Both the position numbers and the translations under genes were made by a program. Under the pieces are notes generated by a model. That model saw nothing but the letters and a program-made list of their open reading frames with translations. It was not told the origin of the DNA and searched no databases. From Eledone cirrhosa (taxonomy: Eukaryota): 64,000 bases of DNA. Position 1 is the first letter of the stretch. Every line of letters begins with the position of its first letter. Shown piece by piece: positions 1 through 8,314 of the stretch. The DNA lies in NCBI GenBank assembly GCA_964016885.1, contig OZ024753.1:22258001-22322000 (forward strand), read 5' to 3'.

Positions 1-35
1 AAATGGGTGACCGCCATCAACACCACAGAAAATAA

Positions 36-1916
36 CAGCGCCCACGCAACCCACCCCAAGTTCCCCACTTACCACCCCGACAACCCACTCCACCCCCACC
101 CACCAACCACGAACTCGACACTAAACTCATCAGGCTAAAATACTCCATCTCGGATATACTTCACAAACACACACACACATGCACAACACATAATCTCACC
201 AAATCTCAACTCACCACTCTCTCCAACCTAAAATCGAAGAACCTCATCTATCTCCCCTCCGACAAGGGAAAAGAATTCTGCGTCATCAGCAGAGAGGCCT
301 ACAACACCCTGGCCCTCCAACACCTTGACGATGACAACCTCTACTCCAAGGTCACGGGAATCACTCCCGCGCAGATAGAAGAGCACATCAACGCCGCCTG
401 GACCAACATCTGCGACCGGCGGAAGCTCCCGAAGAAGCTGAGATACAACCTCCTCACGAGGAACAGCAGACTACCCGCTTTCTACCACCTCGTGAAAACA
501 CACAAACAGGGACCCGACCTGAAGATCAGGCCCATCGTATCGAGCGTGGAGGGACAACTCTACAAAATTTCATGGCTCCTAGCCAGAATACTCAAACCCA
601 TCTTAGACACCTTACCGGGACACGTTAACAGCTCCGAGGAGGTGTTGAAGCGCCTGCATCAAATGGATCCCGACACCAGAAGGAATAACAGATATGCCTT
701 CAGCCTTGATGTAGTCACTCTCTACACCTCGGTCCCGGCACTCCCGGCCGTCAATATACTGATGGAACGCGTCCAATCCACCGACCTACACTGCTTCGGG
801 CTCACCACCACTGACATCCACCAACTCCTATCCATCGTCGTCGACAACACCTACTTCGGATTCCTTGACCAAACATACCAACAAACCTCGGGATTGCCCA
901 TGGGATCAAGCCTATCAGGTGTGCTAGCGATCTCTTACATGGACAACCTCGAACGCAAGGCACTCAACGCCTGCCACCCCAACGCCGTAGCCTTTTTCTC
1001 AAGGTACCTGGACGATATCCTCATCCTCACATCTTCCCAAGACACGGCGAACAGAATCTATGAGACGTTCAACAACACGGACGAGAACATTGACTTCAGT
1101 GTTGAACACCCCAACGAAGACGGGTCACTTGCCCTCCTCGACTTCCGAATCAACATCACGGAACAGGGAAGGATCCACTGCAACTTCTACCAAAAGGCAG
1201 CCTGCAGGGACCTGTTCGTTCACTACAAGTCCGCCCTCCCTAACAGTGCCAAAAGAAGATACATCACGAACGAGATCGCGCGAATCAAAAACAGATGCAG
1301 CGATCCCGCGAGTGGTGTCACTCATACCAAGCGATTCCTCGAGGTGCTGGAGACGAACGGGTACCCTACCTCGATCACAGACAGAGTAGGAGACACCAGA
1401 CACAAGAGACAGAGAGGCACCCAAGGCAAGTGCTTCCTTAAAATACCACACCTGGGCGAGAATACCACCAACGCTATCCGCAAGGCTATACGGAGGGAGG
1501 GCCTCGACATCCACCTGGCCCACTCGGGCGCCTCCCTGCGAAGATGCCTCTCCAAGAAACCCGGGAAATCTACCGACGCATGCTCCGTCAGAGACTGCCC
1601 CATACGCCATGCGAACTGTTGCCTACGCACATACATCGTGTATAAGATAGAATGTGACAGGTGCAACCAATACTACATAGGTAGCACAATCCGACCTTTT
1701 CACATCCGGATCAAGGAACACACTAAAACCAGGGCCTCGTCTTTCCGGAAACACATAGACAAATGCGGAAACAAAGATGGAAGGCCCATTGTCACAATTC
1801 TAGCGACTGAAAGAAACGTCGGTACGTTACGTATCAAGGAAGCGCTTTTTATCAAACGCCTGCAACCGCAAATAAACAACCGATTAGAGAGAAGCGAAAT
1901 GAGATGGCTGGTTTAA
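36..1916 (+). CDS. Penelope-like retroelement ORF: reverse transcriptase plus C-terminal GIY-YIG endonuclease (N-terminus off window or frameshifted)
   Basis: I translated upstream of the 492 ORF: the frame is open back to a TAA at 33-35 and contains the PLE motifs NLTKSQL..L..LK...IYLPSDKG and FYHLVKTHK..IRPIVS. RT motifs SLDVVTLYTSV, QTSGLPMGS and RYLDD are present, then a Cys-rich linker (CSVRDCPIRHANCC) and GIY-YIG (IVYKIECDRCNQYYIGST..R..EH; EALFIK..PQIN). Confidence 0.93.
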   Translation, partial: QRPRNPPQVPHLPPRQPTPPPPTNHELDTKLIRLKYSISDILHKHTHTCTTHNLTKSQLTTLSNLKSKNLIYLPSDKGKEFCVISREAYNTLALQHLDDDNLYSKVTGITPAQIEEHINAAWTNICDRRKLPKKLRYNLLTRNSRLPAFYHLVKTHKQGPDLKIRPIVSSVEGQLYKISWLLARILKPILDTLPGHVNSSEEVLKRLHQMDPDTRRNNRYAFSLDVVTLYTSVPALPAVNILMERVQSTDLHCFGLTTTDIHQLLSIVVDNTYFGFLDQTYQQTSGLPMGSSLSGVLAISYMDNLERKALNACHPNAVAFFSRYLDDILILTSSQDTANRIYETFNNTDENIDFSVEHPNEDGSLALLDFRINITEQGRIHCNFYQKAACRDLFVHYKSALPNSAKRRYITNEIARIKNRCSDPASGVTHTKRFLEVLETNGYPTSITDRVGDTRHKRQRGTQGKCFLKIPHLGENTTNAIRKAIRREGLDIHLAHSGASLRRCLSKKPGKSTDACSVRDCPIRHANCCLRTYIVYKIECDRCNQYYIGSTIRPFHIRIKEHTKTRASSFRKHIDKCGNKDGRPIVTILATERNVGTLRIKEALFIKRLQPQINNRLERSEMRWLV

Positions 1917-2307
1917 GTTAACAAACGATGTAGCAACACACAACACACGCACACACAAACGAAACAACTACACACACACACACGCACACACAGTAGCATT
2001 CCACCATACGAACATACTACACTGCCAATACAGAGGAACAAGGCAACAACACACGCACACACACACACACACTCAAGCGAGACAACAACACACGCACACA
2101 CACACACAGTAACATTTAACAAACATGCAGAGAATGGACTGACAGCTAGCGCCACCCCACTCCCTCATTCGGCCGCTGACCTCTGCCCGACCGACCCCAT
2201 TTCACGCGCACGCGCGCTCTGCCGAATACCTCAGATATTCAAAACAACAAACAGCGGAGAACGCGTTTCGCACCTGTCCGACAGACCACCTTTACCCCGG
2301 AAAAAAA

Positions 2308-2343
2308 CCCCAGTTGATGGATGTGAATCCGAAATATATAGGG
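2308..2343 (+). ncRNA. Degenerate minimal type I hammerhead ribozyme in PLE 3' region
   Basis: CCC-CAGTTGA-T-GGAT[GTGA]ATCC-GAA-ATATAT-A-GGG: stems I and II and the palindromic stem III are intact, but the core reads CAGTTGA rather than CTGAnGA. Confidence 0.6.
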
Positions 2344-2550
2344 ACTATTAAATCTCTCCCAAGGTAACTCTCTCTTGTGTTATTTTAATTTTATTCTTTA
2401 TACTCTTCCCTTCTTTCTTCTACACCTTTACACATCTTATACACACCACGCATCTCAACGTACACCCACGTACATCTCTCTTTCCACCACCGGATTTTGT
2501 TACCCGGAGATTTACCCATTTGCATTGTCGAGGCTTCCAAACGACTTAAA

Positions 2551-2582
<32 letters not shown>

Positions 2583-2787
2583 ATTTCGTTTCTGAATTTG
2601 TTTAGCCATATTCTTTATCTGAAAACGTGTGTTGAAACCGATATTGTTATACTTTAGGAGGGTCATATTGCCAATAAGAAACGCACGCACCAGTCGCTTT
2701 CACTCCAATTTATTATAAAATAAAATTTTTTTTCATAAATTTCCGGTTGGTTGGTTGGTTCCACAAACGGACGGTTGTTCATATATT

Positions 2788-2830
2788 GTCAAAGTTCTTT
2801 CGTCACACATTCTGTGACCTCTTCAGAGAC
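2788..2830 (-). ncRNA. Minimal type I hammerhead ribozyme motif (left arm of palindrome)
   Basis: Minus strand reads GTCT-CTGAAGA-G-GTCAC[AGAATGT]GTGAC-GAA-AGAACT-T-TGAC: perfect stem II, one mismatch in stem I. Confidence 0.7.
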
Positions 2831-2918
2831 TGGGGATTATTTTCTTTGTTTTGTGCCTCTCCTACACCATCTTGATGGCGTAGGAGAGGCACAAAACAAG
2901 AAAAGAAAAGAATTCCCA

Positions 2919-2961
2919 GTCACTGAAGAGGTAACAGAATGTGTGACGAAAGAACTTTGAC
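2919..2961 (+). ncRNA. Minimal type I hammerhead ribozyme motif (right arm of palindrome)
   Basis: GTCA-CTGAAGA-G-GTAAC[AGAATGT]GTGAC-GAA-AGAACT-T-TGAC: perfect 4-bp stem I, one mismatch in stem II. Confidence 0.7.
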
Positions 2962-3158
2962 AATATATGAACCGTCCGGTTGTGGAACCAACCAACGAAC
3001 CGGAAATTTATAAAAAAAAATTTTAATTTATAATAAATTGGAGTGAAAGCGACTGGTGCGTGTGTTTCTTATTGGCAACATGACCCTCCTAACGTATAAC
3101 AATATATATATATATATATATAAATATACACGGGTGTGTATGATTGTGTATAGAAGAT

Positions 3159-3436
3159 TATATTAATAAAAGGAATTCCAACTTTGTCTGATTTACTCGT
3201 TTTATTTACAATCCTTTAAAATTATAATGATATTATAATGAAATAGTATGGTAGAATATTAAATGTTAAGTGTTAATTGAACAAGTACTTTCATGCTTTC
3301 GCAATCTTCAGGTTCATATTCTGTGGTGACTAACACTTAACATTTAATATTCTACCATACTATTTCATTATAATATTATAATTTTAAAGGATTGTAAATA
3401 AAACGAGTAAATCAGACAAAGTTGGAATTCCTTTTA

Positions 3437-3444
<8 letters not shown>
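3159..3444. mobile_element. Fold-back element: about 115-bp inverted arms around a 55-nt spacer containing an HHR
   Basis: Left arm 3159-3275 (TATATTAATAAAAGGAATTCC...AAGTGTTA) is the reverse complement of right arm 3331-3444, apart from a small indel. It ends in (TA)n. Confidence 0.85.
3278..3316 (-). ncRNA. Minimal type I hammerhead ribozyme motif
   Basis: Minus strand reads TGAAC-CTGAAGA-T-TGC[GAAA]GCA-T-GAA-AGTACT-T-GTTCA: 5-bp stem I, GNRA-capped stem II, palindromic stem III AGTACT. Confidence 0.8.
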
Positions 3445-3482
<38 letters not shown>

Positions 3483-3759
3483 ATTACGGTATGTACACAT
3501 TTCTTCTAAGTTTAATTTTACACCTAATTGTGTATGGTTGATGGTATATTTAGTCAGTTGCTACATGCTGTCGAAATGTTGGATAAATACTCTATTGGGG
3601 CCACCGCGAAGAGGCCAGTTTCGGTTATTCGTCGGAGATTTCTTCATAAGAGCCTTTCTTCTTATAGCTTGGCCTAATTGATTTTTTATATGGTTAATTA
3701 TGCTAATTGGGAGAGGAAATGGTATATATTTTATCTAATAATTCTAAGGACATGATTTA

Positions 3760-3761
<2 letters not shown>

Positions 3762-3855
<94 letters not shown>

Positions 3856-3870
3856 TATATATATATAATA
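3762..3870. repeat. (TA)n microsatellite
   Basis: Direct reading. Other (TA)n tracts lie at about 2552-2578, 3102-3125, 3441-3479, 4180-4265 and 7246-7335. Confidence 0.97.
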
Positions 3871-4090
3871 TAAGATCAAAAGATGGTTAAAAGAGTTCCA
3901 AGTATTTTATTATGCGCATTTCAAAAACAAATATCATCATGGGATGACATTTGCGTTCTCATCAGATAAAATAGGAAGTCATGATATGAAGCTTAAAAAA
4001 CACTTGCGAGCAGTGAAGTGTTAAATCAACATATTGAAATCCGCATAATAAAATACTTGGAACTCTTTTAACCATCTTTTGATCTTATAT
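3868..4090. mobile_element. Fold-back element: about 57-bp inverted arms with an HHR spanning the left arm and spacer
   Basis: 3868-3924 (ATATAAGATCAAAAGATGG...ATTTCAA) is the reverse complement of 4034-4090 with one mismatch. It begins at a long (TA)n. Confidence 0.85.
3903..3973 (-). ncRNA. Type I hammerhead ribozyme motif with long stem II
   Basis: Minus strand reads TATTTTAT-CTGATGA-GAAC-GCAAATGTCATC[CCAT]GATGATATTTGT-TTTT-GAA-ATGCGCAT-A-ATAAAATA: 8-bp stem I, 12-bp stem II core, palindromic stem III. Confidence 0.85.
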
Positions 4091-4179
4091 TATTTATACT
4101 CCAGTCCTATAAACTGTTGAGTGCTACTTATCCGATATTTGCATTGCTTTATTGTGCTACAATAAATCTCACCTCCTAC

Positions 4180-4184
4180 ATATA

Positions 4185-4268
<84 letters not shown>

Positions 4269-4302
4269 TCTGTGTGTGAATGCATGATGAAAGTAAACAC
4301 AG

Positions 4303-4379
<77 letters not shown>

Positions 4380-4949
4380 GAGTATGTTTACCACTACCAT
4401 GCATTGACACCCACCCACACAGACGTATATATATATATTTGTGTATGTGTGTGTGTGTGTGTGTACATACCTCTGGGTATGTGCATGTTTACCATTCACT
4501 CACACACACAAACATATAATATGGATACATGTGTGTGAGTGTTTGCCTTTATCAAGTATCTACACACACACACGCACATACATACATACATACATACATA
4601 CATACACATACATACATACATACATACATACATACATACACATACATACACACACACATACACACACACACACATACACACACATACACACACATACATA
4701 CACGCATACACATACACACACACACATACACACACACATACACACACATACATACACACATATACACCCACACATACATACATACACACACACATACATA
4801 CATACATACATACATACATACATACATACACACATACATACATACACACACACATACATACATACACACATACATACATACACACGTACACCCACACATA
4901 CATACACACACACATACACACCCACACATACATACACACACACATACAT

Positions 4950-4980
<31 letters not shown>

Positions 4981-4988
4981 TACATATC
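4180..4988. repeat. Compound microsatellite (TA)n, (CA)n, (CATA)n
   Basis: Direct reading; source of the spurious YI/HT/CV ORFs. Confidence 0.95.
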
Positions 4989-5104
4989 TGCCTGCTAGAT
5001 TGTACAGTGACATAGTATATTAAGCAGGTGAGGTAGACTATGGATTCTAAGAGAAGCTGTCAGGAGTAGATATATAAACACACCAGTAGCTATTACTTTA
5101 TTAT

Positions 5105-5299
5105 GGCGGTGGAATGGCAGTATCGGTAGAGGGTCGGTCTGACGCCATGCTTGGGAGCATAGAGTTACGGCCCTTTATGATCTGAGTTCCAATTCCACAG
5201 AGGTTAACTTTGCCTTTTATCCTTACGGGGTTGATAAAATAAAGTACCAGTAATGTACTGGGTTATTGCTGGCCTTGTGCCAAAAGCAGAAACAATTAT
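5105..5299 (+). mobile_element. tRNA-derived SINE copy 1 (octopod-like family)
   Basis: GGCGGTGGAATGGCAG head (A-box-like), GAGTTC.AATTCC (B-box-like), shared core GGTTAACTTTGCCTTT.ATCCTTACGGGGT.GATAAAATAAAGTACCAG, and 3' end GGCCTTGTGCC...AGAAACAATT. Six related copies occur in the window. Confidence 0.8.
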
Positions 5300-5360
5300 A
5301 TCGGTAGTACACATCAGGCTTTACTGTCTTCTCATACCAATGAAACAATCAGTTTAATAA

Positions 5361-5572
5361 GGGATTGCCAGTAATTGGTAGAACGTCTTGGTAGAACAGG
5401 CTTTGTTGCATAGTTACGTCCCTTTGCGTTTTCTGTTCAAATTCTGTCTGTCATCTTTGCCTTTCATCCTTACGGGATAGATATTACAAAGTACCAGTCA
5501 CGCACTGGGGGCGATTCAAATCGATTTCCCCCTCAAATTGCTGGCCTTGTGCCTAAATGAGAAAACATTATT
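5361..5572 (+). mobile_element. tRNA-derived SINE copy 2 (diverged)
   Basis: GTTCAAATTC, CTTTGCCTTTCATCCTTACGGG, AAAGTACCAGT and GCTGGCCTTGTGCC match copy 1. Confidence 0.75.
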
Positions 5573-5586
5573 TCAACTTTCAGAAG

Positions 5587-5783
5587 GGCGGTGGATTGGC
5601 AGTAATCGGTAGAGCGTTGGACAAACAACAGGCTTTGTGGAACAGAGTTACGCCCCTTTACGTTCTATGTTCAAACTCCCAAGTAACGCACTGGGGTCGA
5701 TTTAAAAAGAAAATATCTCAAATAAGGGATTTGTTAATTCCGACCAAGTTAACCTTTGCCTCTCGTCTTTACGGGGTCGATTA
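5587..5783 (+). mobile_element. tRNA-derived SINE copy 3 (rearranged or truncated)
   Basis: GGCGGTGGATTGGCAG head, GTTCAAACTCCC, and later GTTAACCTTTGCC..CTTTACGGGGTCGAT. Confidence 0.7.
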
Positions 5784-6328
5784 ATTTAAGAAGAAAATAG
5801 CTGGAAAAGGGATTTCTAAATTCAAATGTTTATAATATATTTGTATCGGAGAGATGGTTGAGAAAATTTGCTGTAAAATCTTCATTTCTTTTTAATGTGA
5901 TGCAACCATTGTATTGTACAAGAATGTCATGTTACTGCGGTTTCATGCGGAGAAGGACGTTAAGAATTAAGTCATTTACTTTGTATTGCCCTACTTCTTC
6001 CTGGGTCACTTTTCCTCCTAGTCTGTTTTACACCACCGTCAACCCCACCCTCTCCTATTTTAATATGTAAAAAAAAAATCCCTTTAACTAAATTACCTGT
6101 GAGTTCGTTTCTTCGTTCGGGTTCGGGCAGCTACTTACATAATCACAATTTCCAAGCCTTCTGTCGCCAAGGGGCTTTTGGAGCTTAAACCCCTCCAATA
6201 ATTTGTTTCAATATACTTATGCTATGGTTTTTACTTCACTGGTTTTCTGTTGACTCTAAATATGTTAGTTTGATCAGGTTTTTAATTTCTTTCTTAGTCT
6301 CGTCTTGGTGATAAAAATGTCTGAGTTA

Positions 6329-6507
6329 ATAATTGTTTCTACTTTTGGCACAATGCCAGCAATTACCCAGTGTATTACTAGTACTTTCTTTTATCGACCC
6401 CGTAAGGATGAAAGGCAAAGTTAACCTCGGCAGGATTTGAACTCAGAATGGCAAAGGCCGTAACTCTATGCGTTAAAGCATGGTGTCCGACCCTCTACCG
6501 AATTGTT
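6329..6507 (-). mobile_element. tRNA-derived SINE copy 4
   Basis: TTTATCGACCCCGTAAGGATGAAAGGCAAAGTTAACCTCGGCAGGATTTGAACTCAGA is the reverse complement of the shared core. Confidence 0.8.
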
Positions 6508-6610
6508 GCGGAAGCTTTGACAAATCTTATACTTTTTATTCACATTCACACATACACTTTCCTCATAAATATATTCTTCCTCCATCTTAAACAATTCTAT
6601 CATCTCTTCT

Positions 6611-6808
6611 CCGTCTTAAACAACATGATTTGTGGCATAGAGTTACGACTCTTTACGTTCTGAGTTCACATCCCACCGAGGTTAACTTTGCCGTTCATCC
6701 TTACGGGGTCAATAATATATAGTACCAGTAATGCACTGGGGTCAATTAAACCGTCTTTCACCTCCTCCACGACTTTTGGCTCTGTGTATAAATTAGAAAA
6801 CTTTATAT
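6611..6808 (+). mobile_element. tRNA-derived SINE copy 5
   Basis: GCATAGAGTTACG..TTTACGTTCTGAGTTCACATCCCACCGAGGTTAACTTTGCC..CATCCTTACGGGGTC..AGTACCAG. Confidence 0.8.
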
Positions 6809-7240
6809 TTACCAAAGTAACTATTTAAATATGTCTCATTGTTCTCACTACTGTCCCTTCTCAGAAGGTATCTACTAGGGGCTAGTAACTTCAGATTTCA
6901 TTTTCCTGGTCTATATTTATTGTGAATAGGATATTTTCTGTCTTTTATATAGCAGCTACTTATTCTTGTTCCTAAAGTGAATAAAGGAAACCTGTAATAT
7001 GAGCAACTTGTTAGAATTACATGCCTGGCTTTCAGCGCCGTATATTCTCCATGGATTTGGTTTTTCATTTCAATTATCCATGCAAACACATCTTCGGGAA
7101 ATACTGCAATCTTAGATTCTGTCGCAGCATTCAATAGAGATTTTCACAAATTTCATGGAAAGAAACTTGTGCTTATGATATTGTTATATTCTTGCTTGCG
7201 AGATTAAGCAGAATTATAATGAAAGGCGTCTCAGGCTTGT

Positions 7241-7329
<89 letters not shown>

Positions 7330-7477
7330 ATATATTTAAAGGTTAAACAAGGTTCAATGAATAAATCAATGAATAAAGTTTTACAATAGATTAGAAGCAC
7401 TCCATAGGAATGGTTTTCCGAAGTTATTAATATTAATTCAAAATATTAACAAATATAGACATTCGTGTGATCAAGTA

Positions 7478-7544
7478 TATTTTATTATACATATTTCAGA
7501 GGTACTGAGCTATCTTCAACAGTGCGTCCTCATCAGATAAAATA
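7478..7544 (-). ncRNA. Type I hammerhead ribozyme motif, probably the same family as 3903-3973
   Basis: Minus strand reads TATTTTAT-CTGATGA-GGACGCACTG[..]CAGTACCTCT-GAA-ATATGTAT-A-ATAAAATA, with an identical 8-bp stem I. It lies about 140 nt from a (TA)n tract. Confidence 0.8.
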
Positions 7545-8039
7545 AGATGATGCTTGACATACCTTGACTAAGTAGATGGTTAAAATTCAGTCATGGCAGT
7601 GAATAAGATAGGACAAAACTCAATATTTATATACCTTAAGATTGAGACATGAAAAAATTACATATTAGACATAGGGTGCGTGTGAGAAAGCTTATAAAGA
7701 TACATAATAATAAACAACTACTAATATAATATAAACTTACATAACTGTTAGAAATTTAAATAATTTAAATTATTGAAGAAAGAAGTGAAAGACAGTGAGA
7801 GAAACAGATGAGGAAAAAGAGAGACTAGAAGTATAGAATTATCTTATGAACGAAAGCAAAAGAAAATTGATTAATGATAGAGAGAGGAGGAGAAAATAAT
7901 ATTTACAGTATAAAACATAGGGAGGGAGATTTGTATTGTCGTGGATAACTAGCGTATAATTAGATGATGCAAATATATATATAAATAAATTTGGGCATAG
8001 CTTTGTGAAAGAATAATTTCGAATCGTATAAATTTAGAC

Positions 8040-8285
8040 AAATGCGCAGGGTGGTTCAGGATTGGTGGGGTACCTGAGTCACCCCAGGGTCGTCCACCCC
8101 CTATAGGGGAATTTATTTTGTTATATTTATGCATAGTTTATTTTATATTTTTATATCTTGATTGTTAAATTAGTCTTGCCATTGTGCACTTTTACTCGAC
8201 CTTACTGTAAACCCCCACTGTCCCTGTCTTTGTATTGTCCCCTACTTGTCGGCCCTTGTGGCTAATAAATGAAATCATTATTATT
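8040..8285 (+). mobile_element. Isolated 3' UTR of an L1/Tx1-like element with short (ATT)n tail
   Basis: Shares CCCCCTAT.GGGGAATTT, TGTATTGTCC.CTACT and CCCTTGTGG.TAATAAA..(ATT)n with the 3' UTR at 9290-9460. The 5' boundary is approximate. Confidence 0.65.
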
Positions 8286-8314
8286 AAAGTAGAAACACTA
8301 CGTGGAGGGCTGGG

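Larger units (their letters stand above)
1..2551 (+). mobile_element. Penelope-like element (5' end beyond window) with 3' UTR/pLTR region ending at a (TA)n tract
   Basis: RT+GIY-YIG ORF followed by about 630 nt of non-coding tail with an HHR-like motif at 2308-2343, ending at (TA)n near 2552. The 3' boundary is approximate. Confidence 0.8.
2641..3104. mobile_element. About 465-bp near-perfect palindrome (fold-back PLE pLTR-like element) with an HHR motif in each arm
   Basis: ATATTGTTATAC... at 2641 is the reverse complement of ...GTATAACAATAT ending near 3104. The centre is CCTACACCATC-TT-GATGGCGTAGG (2872-2873). The right end abuts (TA)n. Confidence 0.85.

Noticed and set aside
1060-1666. 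Overlapping and antisense ORFs inside the PLE gene
   Set aside because: Shadow frames of a GC-richer coding region with no recognisable motifs.
2255-2290. GAAACGCGTT on the minus strand, resembling an HHR 3' half
   Set aside because: No CTGAnGA or stem II lies upstream.
1560-2300. Selenocysteine/SECIS as reported for some Naiad PLEs
   Set aside because: There is no in-frame TGA in the ORF, which ends in TAA.
2802-2818. HHR stem II GTCAC/GTGAC resembles the satellite dyad GTGAC/GTCAC
   Set aside because: Only a 5-bp match in the opposite order, and the satellite lacks CTGAnGA and GAAA; likely coincidence.
3600-3655. CCGACGA...GAAACTGGCC on the minus strand as a possible HHR
   Set aside because: The core is mutated and there is no stem II or valid cleavage triplet.
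4090-5023. HT/YI/CV-rich ORFs (also 1913-2155, 7173-7400, 10684-11403, and poly-Leu 9241-9699)
   Set aside because: These are microsatellite translations.
6898-7134. 78-aa minus ORF with a faint H..L..C....P.F pattern like PLE N-termini
   Set aside because: Similarity is too weak to call without an HMM search.
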